From a virus: 64,000 nucleotides of DNA. Numbering within the stretch: position 1 is the stretch's first letter; each line of letters starts with the position of its first letter. Of the stretch, positions 1 through 9,529 are shown piece by piece. The notes beneath the pieces are model-generated. The model made no database searches and was not told the origin of the DNA. It saw nothing but the letters and a program-made list of their open reading frames with translations. The translations under genes and the position numbers were made by a program. Location of the stretch: the IMG/VR virus record IMGVR_UViG_3300031134_000007, positions 40,313-104,312 of that record; one strand, given 5' to 3'.

Positions 1-183
1 AATCCCGGCAACCAAGAACCACATCCCCTCGACCTTCACCGGACCATAAATGCCGGTTAAGCCAGGAATGGGTTTTGTTGCGGGGATCAGACGCTTTTCA
101 ATCTTTGCTAACTTCATTGCCGATTGGATCTTATCGATCGGGTTCCAACTGGCCGCTTTAGTCTGATAGGGGGAAATAAACAT
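1..183 (-). CDS. Virion structural protein, N-terminal part (runs off the left edge)
   Basis: ATG at 183 with AGGAG upstream; open to the edge (MFISPYQTKAASWNPIDK...); divergent from the sheath gene as in phiKZ-like phages. Confidence 0.6.
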   Translation of the reverse strand, partial: MFISPYQTKAASWNPIDKIQSAMKLAKIEKRLIPATKPIPGLTGIYGPVKVEGMWFLVAGI

Positions 184-385
184 GGTCGTGAAACCCTCTC
201 CTGCGCGCTTTTATGTAAACAATGACACCTAATGGTATGGCACTGTTTAATCGTCGTAAATAGTGAACCATACCATTACTCCCTGCCACGACGGTGGTTT
301 GTGTGGGGTGGATTGGCGCCACAAAGCAGTGAAACATGTTTCTAAAAAAGGCTCTTTTGACACTATCGATAGTTAGGAGAAAGGC

Positions 386-2467
386 ATGTCAAATCTTTCT
401 AACGGAGCACCACGTTTTATCCTGGAAGGTATCCGGGATGAATCCGTAGCCGCTCCGGTTCCCGTTCCGGAGGTGTACGCGCAGCATTTGCCGCATCTGT
501 ACATTCTCGCCGAGCGTGGGCCATTAACCCCGCAGTTGCTTGATCCTACGCTGTTGACCGCTTATTACGGCAGCAAGTCGTTCGATCCACTGTCTAAGTA
601 TTACACCATGGGGTCCGCGTTCGTTTCTACTATTGGTGGAACGGGCAACGCCATTATGGTGCAGCGTGTGCATCCAGCCGATGGCCTGAAGCCAGCGTAC
701 TTCTCGCTGGGTATCGAAATCGTTGCGGACAAAGTCACTGACTATGTGCGTGATGACAGCGGTGTGGCTCAGCGTGATGCCAACGGTAACTTCGAAGAAG
801 ACACCACCCAGCGTGATGGCTTCATCGCTCGTATCGTGATCAACCGCGACATCGATTCCGTGCTGTTTGGCGCAGGTGTTAAGAAGAAAGGTCTCCTGAC
901 TTCTTCTACTGGCGTGCAGTCCGATTTCTACCCGCTGCTTGATCTGGAAGTTCCTTATGCTGGCGCTTATGGCGACAACGTAGGCTTCTCCCTGTGGGCA
1001 CCGAACACCCAGTCTACCACTCCACTGAATACCGCAGTGGCTGTGGACCAGCTGGCGCAACTGTTCGCCCTGCGTGTGTACGAGCGTCCAGACGTGCAGT
1101 CTACTGCCGTGCTGAAGCTCACCGCGGATCGTTCGTCTGAAATCAACTTCTCCTTTAAGAAGACAGTGGTTGATAGCGCGACGTCTACGAAGTACAGCTT
1201 CCCGCTGCGTGTGAAAGATTACGACAACACCCAAGACGGCTACGTGCCAGTCCCAGGTCCGGTCGGCCGTACCAAAGTGTACTACGACAACCTGGAAGCG
1301 GTGCTCGGTCTGCTCTACACCGCAGAGAAAGCAGCGAACCCATCTCTGCTGGAAGGCGAAGGTGCACAGCACCAGATCAACTTCCTGGGCGGCGTGGACT
1401 TCTACAACAACCCTTACTACACTTTCCGTGTACAGGGTGTTGCAGATGGCGGCGTGAACATGAACGACGTAGCGATCTACTACGCCGAAGGTGGTAGCGA
1501 CGGTTCTTATAAAGATGCCGACGGTAAAACCATCAGCAAGATCACCATGTACAATCAGCTTTGTAAAGAGCAGTTTGACAACTATGGCGATCTGAAAGAC
1601 ATCGAAGTGCTGGACGATGCCCGCTATCCTCAGTCTGCGTACTGGGACTGCGGCTACGATCTGGAAACTAAGAAGTCGCTGATCTCTATCATCGGTAAAC
1701 GTAAAGACATCGTGGTGTACATCAGTACCTTCATTGATGGCCATGAACGTCTGACCGCACTGGAGCAACGCTCTATGGGTTCTGCGCTGCGCACTTACGC
1801 ACGTCTGTTCCCAGAGTCAAGCCTGTACGGTACGTCTACCTGCCGCGCCGTGTTCTTCATGCAGTCAGGTTACCTGGCCGGTGATGACTCAGGTGAATGG
1901 TACCCACATCTGCTGGATCACGCTTATAAACGTGCTCTGTACGCAGGTAGCGGTGACGGTGTGCTGAAGAATGCGAAAGCATACGACTCAGCGGAAAACA
2001 ACCGTGTGCAGATTCTGTCTCAGATGGATCTGCTGTGGGAGCCAACCGAAGTCCGTAACACCAACTGGAACCTCGGCCTGAACTACGCCCAGAACGTTAA
2101 CCGTTCACAAGCGTACGTGCCGCATGTCCAGACCGTGTACACGGAAGAGTCGTCTGTGCTGCGTGATGAAATCGCGTTGACGATCTGTGTGGATATCGAG
2201 AAGAAATGTCAGCAGGCTTACCGCATGCTGGGTGTAGACACCCGTCGCACCACAGAACAGACTCTGTCTGAGCTGAACACCATTCTGACCGATCTTACCA
2301 ACAACCTGTACGACAACCGTGTTGACATCTCTGTCAATGCGTTCCGTACGGTGAAAGATCAGAACAGCCGCGTGCGCTACTCGTGTGAAGTTTCCGCGTC
2401 CTTTAACAAAGGGATGTACATCGGTAGCTTCACCGTTGTTTCACGCAACCGTGAGGATAATGCATAA
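386..2467 (+). CDS. Tail sheath protein (phiKZ gp29-like)
   Basis: 693 aa; AGGAG RBS; strong codon bias; N-terminal GIRDES...PQHLP-like segment; size and position before the tube gene. Confidence 0.85.
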   Translation: MSNLSNGAPRFILEGIRDESVAAPVPVPEVYAQHLPHLYILAERGPLTPQLLDPTLLTAYYGSKSFDPLSKYYTMGSAFVSTIGGTGNAIMVQRVHPADGLKPAYFSLGIEIVADKVTDYVRDDSGVAQRDANGNFEEDTTQRDGFIARIVINRDIDSVLFGAGVKKKGLLTSSTGVQSDFYPLLDLEVPYAGAYGDNVGFSLWAPNTQSTTPLNTAVAVDQLAQLFALRVYERPDVQSTAVLKLTADRSSEINFSFKKTVVDSATSTKYSFPLRVKDYDNTQDGYVPVPGPVGRTKVYYDNLEAVLGLLYTAEKAANPSLLEGEGAQHQINFLGGVDFYNNPYYTFRVQGVADGGVNMNDVAIYYAEGGSDGSYKDADGKTISKITMYNQLCKEQFDNYGDLKDIEVLDDARYPQSAYWDCGYDLETKKSLISIIGKRKDIVVYISTFIDGHERLTALEQRSMGSALRTYARLFPESSLYGTSTCRAVFFMQSGYLAGDDSGEWYPHLLDHAYKRALYAGSGDGVLKNAKAYDSAENNRVQILSQMDLLWEPTEVRNTNWNLGLNYAQNVNRSQAYVPHVQTVYTEESSVLRDEIALTICVDIEKKCQQAYRMLGVDTRRTTEQTLSELNTILTDLTNNLYDNRVDISVNAFRTVKDQNSRVRYSCEVSASFNKGMYIGSFTVVSRNREDNA

Positions 2468-3333
2468 TGCGTCTTAATGACTCTATTGCCCAGCCTAAAG
2501 CTGGCGCCGCGGCGTTTTCGAACGCCACGATGGTCAATGCGTTGACTGGCGGTTATCACGGTATTTCGGCTAACCTCGCACGTTACGTCGATAACGCCGG
2601 TTTCCGTCAGCAGCAGCTGCAGTGTGTGGTGCTCCGTACTCCGGGCGCCATCAAGAACCTGGATCACCCCGAAACGTGGCATGGTCACATCAAAGCGATG
2701 ATGGAAAAACACACCCGTAGTATTACGGGTTTCCAGCGTGCGCTGCAGGTGGATCACTTCTCACAGCCGGCCGGTGGTTCTGGTGCTGAGCAGTTTGACC
2801 TGGCTAACGTCACCCAACAGCAGCCAACCCCGACGCACGAAATCGGTGAGAAATACGGTTTCCCGAACGGTACGCTGCTGGAGTGGTGGATTCGTCTGTT
2901 CCTGATGGACCCGGATGTTAAGCGTCCGCTCATCATGACCTACCCGAACCCGCCGAAAGACCTGCTGCCTGACATGACGTCAATGATCTGTCTGTATTAC
3001 GACACTGACCCAACCGGTCAGGAGATCATCAACGCCTACCTGTGCGTTGGCATGCAGCCGTCTTCTTCTGGCACGCGTGAGTCTCGTATGGACAAGTCCC
3101 AGGGTTCCGCTGACCTGGTTCACTCCATCGAGTGGAAATGCACCACCATCATGAACGCCGCTGTTGATAAGCTTGCTGAGACTATCAACAAAACGCGCCA
3201 ACTGATCGGTGCAAGCCCGTACAACCGCGATCTGCCGGATGTGCTCAAGGTCATTGGCCCTGACATCAACGCTGCTAAGTCTGGTGTGGTTGACGATATC
3301 AATGATATCCGTTCTCACCAGGTTGTTCGTTAA
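2467..3333 (+). CDS. Tail tube protein (phiKZ gp30-like)
   Basis: 288 aa; coupled to sheath by TAATG overlap; size and synteny. Confidence 0.75.
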   Translation: MRLNDSIAQPKAGAAAFSNATMVNALTGGYHGISANLARYVDNAGFRQQQLQCVVLRTPGAIKNLDHPETWHGHIKAMMEKHTRSITGFQRALQVDHFSQPAGGSGAEQFDLANVTQQQPTPTHEIGEKYGFPNGTLLEWWIRLFLMDPDVKRPLIMTYPNPPKDLLPDMTSMICLYYDTDPTGQEIINAYLCVGMQPSSSGTRESRMDKSQGSADLVHSIEWKCTTIMNAAVDKLAETINKTRQLIGASPYNRDLPDVLKVIGPDINAAKSGVVDDINDIRSHQVVR

Positions 3334-3349
3334 TCGAGCAAAAAAAACA

Positions 3350-3406
3350 GCATAAGACCCAGAGGGTTCCTCTCCCCGTGAAGGGAGAGGAACGCCTCTT
3401 TTATGC
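3350..3406. terminator. Bidirectional terminator hairpin with GCATAA...TTATGC clamp
   Basis: AGAGGGTTCCTCTCC-loop-GGAGAGGAACGCCTCT between convergent genes; A-tract on the left, T-tract on the right. Confidence 0.8.
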
Positions 3407-3832
3407 CGATTGGTCTTTAAGGTACTGTTTGTAGTTGTAACGAAAAGCTTCTCTTACGGGTTCCGGTAAAATACTTAAATCGAGACGCCCTTCAATATGG
3501 GGGTGCGCAATCAGTTTAACAAACCGCTGCTTATCCTCTTTATCTTCAGGATTGATCTCGATACCGTGCTCCAGACAACACGCCACGTAGATCGCATACA
3601 AATCATCCACCGCGGCTTCCAGTCGGGTGCAGTCATTGAAGTTGTACAGATCATAGCCACCCAACGGTAAACGTGTAGTGGCTTCACGCCGCTTGATTCT
3701 GCGCAGACGGAGTTCCCGATAACCCAAGACAAGTACCACCACCAACAAACCTAATCCCACCATCAGGATCAGGTCATCAAAACTATTAACCGCATCGTTT
3801 ACAACCGGGTCGGTTGTAGTGATCGTTTCCAT
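3401..3832 (-). CDS. Hypothetical membrane protein
   Basis: 143 aa; N-terminal hydrophobic helix followed by basic residues. Confidence 0.7.
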   Translation of the reverse strand: METITTTDPVVNDAVNSFDDLILMVGLGLLVVVLVLGYRELRLRRIKRREATTRLPLGGYDLYNFNDCTRLEAAVDDLYAIYVACCLEHGIEINPEDKEDKQRFVKLIAHPHIEGRLDLSILPEPVREAFRYNYKQYLKDQSA

Positions 3833-3835
3833 GGG

Positions 3836-4237
3836 TTATTCCCGCTTAGGCAATTTGGCGAGCACTGCTGGCGACAGTAAGCCTGAGAAATAAGAAGCGT
3901 ACATGCTGATAAGATCTGCAGATGACAAAGGAAACTTCGTCAGCTCCACCGCCAGATCCAACCAAATTGCGTTGTCTTTCATGTACGGGTATTCACAGAT
4001 AAACACCGAATCAACCAATGGTGAAAACGTCAAGCACGCACCCACCATGTCACACACCCGCTGATTAACGAACGGGATCTCCAAGACCTGCGTATCAATT
4101 AAGATGTCGCTTGCCGTGAAGTGGAAACGCAAACACACAGGGGTGTAGTGGGTATCAAGAGTGTTGAGTGGATTCACCAACATCTCTGACGGCGCCAACA
4201 TTAAGTCCTGCATCTGCGTGTAAATAAATTTGCTCAT
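3836..4237 (-). CDS. Hypothetical protein
   Basis: 133 aa; TAATG coupling to the upstream gene. Confidence 0.65.
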   Translation of the reverse strand: MSKFIYTQMQDLMLAPSEMLVNPLNTLDTHYTPVCLRFHFTASDILIDTQVLEIPFVNQRVCDMVGACLTFSPLVDSVFICEYPYMKDNAIWLDLAVELTKFPLSSADLISMYASYFSGLLSPAVLAKLPKRE

Positions 4238-4626
4238 TAGGCAGCCCTTTTCAGTTCCCCATGATAGACAAAAGGGATATTGTACTTAACACAAATGTTA
4301 CGAAAAATATCCACAAGTAAAAGACGGTGACAAAAATCCCCCGCCCCACAATAACACGCCAAAGCCACACGCTCATGTTGGCGACAAAAGTTGATGAACC
4401 ATTCCGGATCAGTTGACCAACGCCCTCTCATAAGGTTTAAGTAGATTTGCTGGTACCCAGAGGCGTTAATACAGCCACTTTTGTAATTCCCTAATAACTC
4501 ACCCGTCGGTGCTAACCAACGGATGTTGTTATGAATTAAACCAGAGGCGTAAGTGGTATCCACTAATGGGATGTCCAGTTGTTTAGCCAATCGCCACTGA
4601 CCTAACTGTATTGTCCATATTTCCAT
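4237..4626 (-). CDS. DUF488-like protein
   Basis: LAPT..LL and ALACYC....CHR motifs; GGAGG RBS. Confidence 0.6.
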   Translation of the reverse strand: MEIWTIQLGQWRLAKQLDIPLVDTTYASGLIHNNIRWLAPTGELLGNYKSGCINASGYQQIYLNLMRGRWSTDPEWFINFCRQHERVALACYCGAGDFCHRLLLVDIFRNICVKYNIPFVYHGELKRAA

Positions 4627-4641
4627 CCCCGCCTCCTTTAC

Positions 4642-4836
4642 CTACAAGTTAATCACGATGTGAGTTTTATCCCACAGTATTTTCACCGCGTCTCTTCCCG
4701 CCACTGTAGAGCCCAGCAATGCAATCAATCCAATGCCGATCATGAACAGCACAAACAGCACGACCAGCATTTGAATGACGGGGTCCACACCCGGCCTGCC
4801 GCACTGAGAACAGCTTTGACGTCTAAGCAGTCTCAT
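4642..4836 (-). CDS. Small membrane protein with CxxC
   Basis: Start moved to ATG 4836 (AGGAAG upstream); CSQC followed by a hydrophobic helix. Confidence 0.5.
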   Translation of the reverse strand: MRLLRRQSCSQCGRPGVDPVIQMLVVLFVLFMIGIGLIALLGSTVAGRDAVKILWDKTHIVINL

Positions 4837-5476
4837 GGGTTTCTTCCTGTATCTCAACATCAGGTTGCTGAGCTTCAATGAACACCGGTTCAACGAGTTT
4901 GACAAGCGCTGCAACGGTCTGCATGGCAAAAATGTTGATCAACGGGATCTCGTCGTCGTTGTGCACCACATCCGCATCCTGGATATGGCGATTAAATACA
5001 CAGTGTGTGGTAACACTAGGAAACCGGCTGGTTTTCTGTGCAATGGTTCTCAGACGCGCATTGATCTGACCTTGCACTGTCCCTGCTGGTAACTTCAACT
5101 CTTCCAGCGCTGGAGTGTAACCGTAGGCTTGGCCCCAGGTATAGTTGTTCAGCTGAAGGGTAGTGCGCAAATGGGTGATCACCATCTCATGGTAGCCGTT
5201 ACACCCGTACACCAGATTCTGAAGACTGACGATATCATTCAGGATGTACTGTGCGACTGCGGTCGGTGCAAAGCCGTAACGCCAACCTTCAATGATTGTA
5301 CTGGCACGCATCTGCTCATAAACAGCGCCATAAAGATCTTTGTGTACTTTCTCGATGAGAGAATAAAAAGCTTCTTTATAGTTCTTTGCCTGGATGGTGT
5401 TGTTTCTGATTTCGCCGTTGTGCTGCTCCGTGATCTTGGGAGCGTAAATATCAAAATCGGGATTGATCGTTAACAT
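4823..5476 (-). CDS. Hypothetical protein, paralog of 5480-6079
   Basis: 217 aa; shares WGQAYGYTPxLEE with its neighbour. Confidence 0.7.
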   Translation of the reverse strand: MLTINPDFDIYAPKITEQHNGEIRNNTIQAKNYKEAFYSLIEKVHKDLYGAVYEQMRASTIIEGWRYGFAPTAVAQYILNDIVSLQNLVYGCNGYHEMVITHLRTTLQLNNYTWGQAYGYTPALEELKLPAGTVQGQINARLRTIAQKTSRFPSVTTHCVFNRHIQDADVVHNDDEIPLINIFAMQTVAALVKLVEPVFIEAQQPDVEIQEETHETA

Positions 5477-5479
5477 GGG

Positions 5480-6079
5480 TTACTCCTGAACCAGAAAATA
5501 GTCACGACGGGAAGTGAGGGCGACAAGCACCAACGTGCGGTATTCTTTCAGCTTGTCAATTTTGTCAAACTTTGACACCGAGCCACAGTCGCTGGCGTAA
5601 GTACCGAAACGGACATAGTTTTCTGTACCCATTTCGTTAGCGATGTCAACGGAACGGTTGTTGATTTCCAGCTGCACATCGATGGCGTCACGGGTGCGCT
5701 CTTCTAACGACGGCGTGTAACCATACGCCTGACCCCAATGGAATTTGTCGTAGCCCATCAGAGAATACATGGTGCCGTTCAGTAACTGCTTGGCCAGTTC
5801 ATTTCCCCGGTTGCTACCATCATTACTGCCAATGAAAGCAAAACCGGTTCCCAGGTATTCATGGGTGATCAGGTAATCAGCCACCGCCATCGGATCATAA
5901 CCACGGTGATAACCACCAATGATGTCTTTGATGCTGAGATCGATGTTTTTGATCAGGTCATCGAAATAGGCAGTCAGGTTATTTACCGCAATCCGATAAG
6001 CGTCCTCACCGTTGGGAACGGTCTGCAGTAATTCGTCGGCAAAGAGCTCTTCACGTTTAAAGAACTGAACGGTTGTCAT
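5480..6079 (-). CDS. Hypothetical protein, paralog of 4823-5476
   Basis: 199 aa; AAGGA RBS; WGQAYGYTPSLEE. Confidence 0.7.
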   Translation of the reverse strand: MTTVQFFKREELFADELLQTVPNGEDAYRIAVNNLTAYFDDLIKNIDLSIKDIIGGYHRGYDPMAVADYLITHEYLGTGFAFIGSNDGSNRGNELAKQLLNGTMYSLMGYDKFHWGQAYGYTPSLEERTRDAIDVQLEINNRSVDIANEMGTENYVRFGTYASDCGSVSKFDKIDKLKEYRTLVLVALTSRRDYFLVQE

Positions 6080-6093
6080 GGAGTTATCCTTAC

Positions 6094-6121
6094 AAAAAAA
6101 AGAAGGCCACCGCAGTGACCC
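6094..6121 (-). terminator. Intrinsic terminator
   Basis: Short GC hairpin followed by a long U-tract on the minus strand. Confidence 0.6.
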
Positions 6122-6129
6122 TCAGGGAG

Positions 6130-6837
6130 TTATGCCGCTAAGCCTTTGACGGCAGCAGCAGCTTTATTGGCCATGATCTCAACAACCTTTTTGTAGGTCG
6201 TTCCCAATGCATGGTCGCGGTGAGTCAAACGGTTATGTCCGTCAATATTAAAGGTCCAAACCGTTGAATCGAACTTAAACCGATCTTGCTCGATACGCCA
6301 AACACGACTGCCGGTGATGTTCTTATTCGGCGTCATGATAGCTGCACGGTACTGGTTTTCAATACCGTTCACCAAACGTGCCTGATACATCGCTTCAGCC
6401 ACACCCACGTAATCGCTAATGGCATCCGTATTGGATTCATCACACGTACCCAGCAGATTATCAAAGATTGCTGAGATCAACCGTGAGGTAGACTCGTGCG
6501 CATACGGACTGCCTTGTGTGTAGATTGTCGCGCCGTAGTTAGAGCGATGGTTGAACAACTTATCACCACCGGCAACCGGGCGATACGCACCGCGCATGCT
6601 CCAGTCACGGATGATAACGTTCTCACCCAACTTTCGTTGGTTACGTCCAATCCACACGTCATACGTGGTATTGGTGCTGTCTTCTTCAAGACGCAATAAA
6701 CGCGCCCCAATACGGTATTCAGGTAATTCAATTTCCAACATCTTCACGTACTGGATGCCGTCGTGTTCTTGGTGCTCAACTTTTACAGTAATCTGTTGCA
6801 TGGTAATCATCCTTTTATTTATGGCACTTTTGGCCAT
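6130..6837 (-). CDS. Hypothetical protein
   Basis: 235-aa ORF; the true start may be the ATG about 27 nt downstream, after AAGG. Confidence 0.65.
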   Translation of the reverse strand: MAKSAINKRMITMQQITVKVEHQEHDGIQYVKMLEIELPEYRIGARLLRLEEDSTNTTYDVWIGRNQRKLGENVIIRDWSMRGAYRPVAGGDKLFNHRSNYGATIYTQGSPYAHESTSRLISAIFDNLLGTCDESNTDAISDYVGVAEAMYQARLVNGIENQYRAAIMTPNKNITGSRVWRIEQDRFKFDSTVWTFNIDGHNRLTHRDHALGTTYKKVVEIMANKAAAAVKGLAA

Positions 6838-6847
6838 GGGACGGTTA

Positions 6848-6875
6848 TAAAAAAGAAGGAGCCGAAGCCCCTTCC
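6848..6875 (-). terminator. Intrinsic terminator
   Basis: GAAGGGGC-UUCG-GCUCCUUC followed by a U-tract on the minus strand. Confidence 0.75.
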
Positions 6876-6885
6876 AGGTTAGTGA

Positions 6886-7968
6886 TTAAAACTGTTTACC
6901 AGTACACGGGTCGTAATGATGACCACCGATCGGGTAACCTTGGTTAAGTTGCGGCTGGAAATGCATCTGCTGGGTAGTAGATACTGGATCCATGTGCGGC
7001 ATACCGTTGGCGGCATCCGTTGCAGGGTGACCGGTAGGTATTCCTGGGTTACCAAACTGCATTGGACTAAGTGGCGAACTACCCGCACCAAACATCGGAA
7101 AATTCATCCCGCCCATCATTGGTTGCTGAGGCTGTTTTGCAGCCATCGCTTCAGACTCTTCAATAAAGAGGTTAATGAATGCCGGAGAGAAGCCAGCGCG
7201 GTCAAACGCCAATACATGCTGAACCAGATGCTGATTGGTAATGACTTTATCGCCGTAGTGGTATTCTGTTTCCTGTGCTTGGAACTGCGTCGTCATGTAC
7301 GCGTACTGACCGGTGCGCACCTGTTCGAAAGTTCTGACGAGATGTTCATCAGCTTTGAACAGCCGAGACTGACGAAGCGACGCGCCCAACTCCATGTTCA
7401 TCAGAGTTTGCTTAACAGTGATGGTGTTATCGAGCACTTTCCAGATGCGATTATAATCACAGCAATGTGCACGACAATGCGTTTTCACTTCACCGTTTGC
7501 ACGGTACAACCCTTTTGACAACATCCACTCAGCCATTTTAACACGATCATCAATAACGATGTGCGCCAGGTTAGGTGCGCCAGGTGGTGTCAGCAGTTGA
7601 CGAAATACTTGCTGGACCACTGCATGTTCTGCATTGGCTTCGGTGTTGCCTTCCATACCCAGGATGTTAATGCCGAGACGTGGTCGTTCAGCCGTACCAA
7701 ATGCTGTTCCTAAAACTGATGACCCAATACCGATGCTTAAGAACGGTGTGTCTTCACCCAACGGGTAGAAGCTTGCCACCCATTCGCCGTGCAATGTGTT
7801 TTCATCACAGTCCTGGCCGTAGATGACTGGCTTTTCGTCATACTCTTCCGAGACCAGCTCAACAACCATCTTAGACGCATCATCGAACTCTGCTTTGTAT
7901 TGCGTGCAGATGAAGTTCTTTTCGTTGACTGGGGATTTGATCAGGGACGTAGTTAAGTTAAGACTCAT
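6886..7968 (-). CDS. Hypothetical protein with Q/P/M/G-rich C-terminal tail
   Basis: 360 aa; AGGA RBS; low-complexity last ~75 aa. Confidence 0.75.
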   Translation of the reverse strand: MSLNLTTSLIKSPVNEKNFICTQYKAEFDDASKMVVELVSEEYDEKPVIYGQDCDENTLHGEWVASFYPLGEDTPFLSIGIGSSVLGTAFGTAERPRLGINILGMEGNTEANAEHAVVQQVFRQLLTPPGAPNLAHIVIDDRVKMAEWMLSKGLYRANGEVKTHCRAHCCDYNRIWKVLDNTITVKQTLMNMELGASLRQSRLFKADEHLVRTFEQVRTGQYAYMTTQFQAQETEYHYGDKVITNQHLVQHVLAFDRAGFSPAFINLFIEESEAMAAKQPQQPMMGGMNFPMFGAGSSPLSPMQFGNPGIPTGHPATDAANGMPHMDPVSTTQQMHFQPQLNQGYPIGGHHYDPCTGKQF

Positions 7969-7984
7969 GTTTCAGTTTCCTATC

Positions 7985-8175
7985 TATTGGCATTCTTTCT
8001 GAATGCAAGGTTTTGAAACTGTCGCGAAATACGACAGTAGATAAGAGCCGGTTTCCGGACCAGCCCTTAGATTACTGTCTATTTTTGGAATGTCTTGCAG
8101 GACACAGTCCGAGTTGACCCAAGCGGGTTAAATGGAATTGTGTTTGGCTGAGCGGGTGTCTAGGCCGCTCAGTGT
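7985..8175 (-). ncRNA. Candidate structured RNA or 5' leader
   Basis: About six consecutive hairpins in a 220-nt intergenic gap (see findings). Confidence 0.35.
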
Positions 8176-8190
8176 GTTACAGGGTAGAAC

Positions 8191-8649
8191 TTACTTCGCA
8201 CCACCGGTCAGGAGGTCGTCAGCCATTGCACGAACGTGCTTCACGGCCGCAGCGAGTTCGCCACGGTTCGTACCAGCGGCGTTGGCCGTGTAGGAGCTGA
8301 TGACGTGACCGTTGATGGTCTGTTTGCCGTGCTGGTATTCACGCACGATATCGGTGGCAATGGTGTCCGAACCCACTGACAGCGAGGTAGAGATTTGAGA
8401 CAGCGCGGTGTTGTTCTGCATCACTGGCAGACCGAGTTCACCGAGTGCCACTGCCTGTGCAGCCATGACTGCGCTGTCGTGGCTCTGGAACTGTTTGCGC
8501 TGATCGATAGTCAGACCTTCTGGCAGATTCTTCTCATACCAGTCCGGTGCGGTCACAGCCACGCCGTTGTCGCCCATGGTCATTGCTGCTTTCAGGGAGT
8601 CAGCCAGAGTACGGGTGGTGGCTTTGATTTCTTTTGACATGTCGAACAT
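8191..8649 (-). CDS. Hypothetical early protein
   Basis: 152 aa; strong codon bias; AAGGA RBS; promoter motif upstream. Confidence 0.75.
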   Translation of the reverse strand: MFDMSKEIKATTRTLADSLKAAMTMGDNGVAVTAPDWYEKNLPEGLTIDQRKQFQSHDSAVMAAQAVALGELGLPVMQNNTALSQISTSLSVGSDTIATDIVREYQHGKQTINGHVISSYTANAAGTNRGELAAAVKHVRAMADDLLTGGAK

Positions 8650-8707
8650 CCTTCTGATGGGGTATGTGGTTTATATGTAAAGTGTTCTCTGCAGAGAATA
8701 CACTAGA

Positions 8708-8717
8708 GTAATATAGG
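8708..8717 (-). promoter_or_regulatory. Phage early (vRNAP) promoter motif CCTATATTAC
   Basis: Contains the phiKZ early consensus TATATTAC; variants recur before other minus-strand genes. Confidence 0.65.
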
Positions 8718-8735
8718 GTTCAAAAATCTTTGAAC

Positions 8736-8903
8736 TCACTCGCCTGTAATAGGCCAGGTGCTCTGCAACTTCTCTGCAGCGTACGCCATGGCTTTGGCGT
8801 GCAGCATTTTAGCATCAAGACCGCTGTAACGGTTATCAACGATAAAGGTTTCGTATGCGCTGTTAAAGACATCTAACATTGCTTCCGGAGATGGGCCACC
8901 CAT
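8736..8903 (-). CDS. Small hypothetical protein (55 aa, not in the ORF track)
   Basis: MGGPSPEAMLDVF...PITGE; TAATG coupling to the upstream gene; AAGGAG RBS. Confidence 0.6.
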   Translation of the reverse strand: MGGPSPEAMLDVFNSAYETFIVDNRYSGLDAKMLHAKAMAYAAEKLQSTWPITGE

Positions 8904-9448
8904 TACACTGCTCCTTCTGAATCAGACAACACCAACTCACCGTGGGATGCATTCATTGCCACCTGATGCGCCAGCAGAACCAGCATCTTCTGGTAACGTG
9001 CCTTGTTAGGTCGAGCATAACGACCACTGGTCAGTAGCGCGTTATTCAGCTCCAGCAGGTTAAGTGACGGGAAGTACACGATGTTGATGAAGTTCAGGAT
9101 ATGGTGAATGGTCACCTCATCGCGGGTCAACGTATAGATCAGCTGACTGCGAAACGCGAGACCTACCTGAATCGGGGTGTGATTAAACAACGGCCACAAT
9201 ACCACGCTATCCGAATCCTTCCCCAGCACGTATTCATTTACCCGTGCTAAGAACCCACCGATGATTTCACCCCGGGCATCTTTGTCTTTGGTTTCGGCTA
9301 GACGTGGAACCACGTTTTGGTATTCTTCGATAACGCGCATTGCGATGTCGCAGTAGCGAGGGAGAAAGGATTCGAGTTCCTTCATCGCCAGAAACGCACG
9401 AGCGACACTGTGCGGTGCATTAATAATCATGATCACTTCCTGGTTCAT
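8903..9448 (-). CDS. Hypothetical protein
   Basis: 181-aa ORF in a gene-dense run. Confidence 0.65.
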   Translation of the reverse strand: MNQEVIMIINAPHSVARAFLAMKELESFLPRYCDIAMRVIEEYQNVVPRLAETKDKDARGEIIGGFLARVNEYVLGKDSDSVVLWPLFNHTPIQVGLAFRSQLIYTLTRDEVTIHHILNFINIVYFPSLNLLELNNALLTSGRYARPNKARYQKMLVLLAHQVAMNASHGELVLSDSEGAV

Positions 9449-9494
9449 TATTAGACATAAGAGTGGGGTGGTTGGTACGATAATACACAGGCCG

Positions 9495-9528
9495 GCATAA
9501 GAGGCAGGGTTTCCCCTGCCCCGTATGT
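9495..9528 (-). terminator. Terminator hairpin, GCATAA family
   Basis: GGCAGGG-tttc-CCCTGCC flanked by CGGCATAA. Confidence 0.65.
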
Positions 9529-9529
9529 G

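Noticed and set aside
524-1768. 414-aa antisense ORF
   Set aside because: Shadow of the codon-biased tail sheath gene; no RBS and atypical composition
7969-8190. tRNA gene
   Set aside because: No cloverleaf, T-loop GTTCRA or acceptor stem recognised
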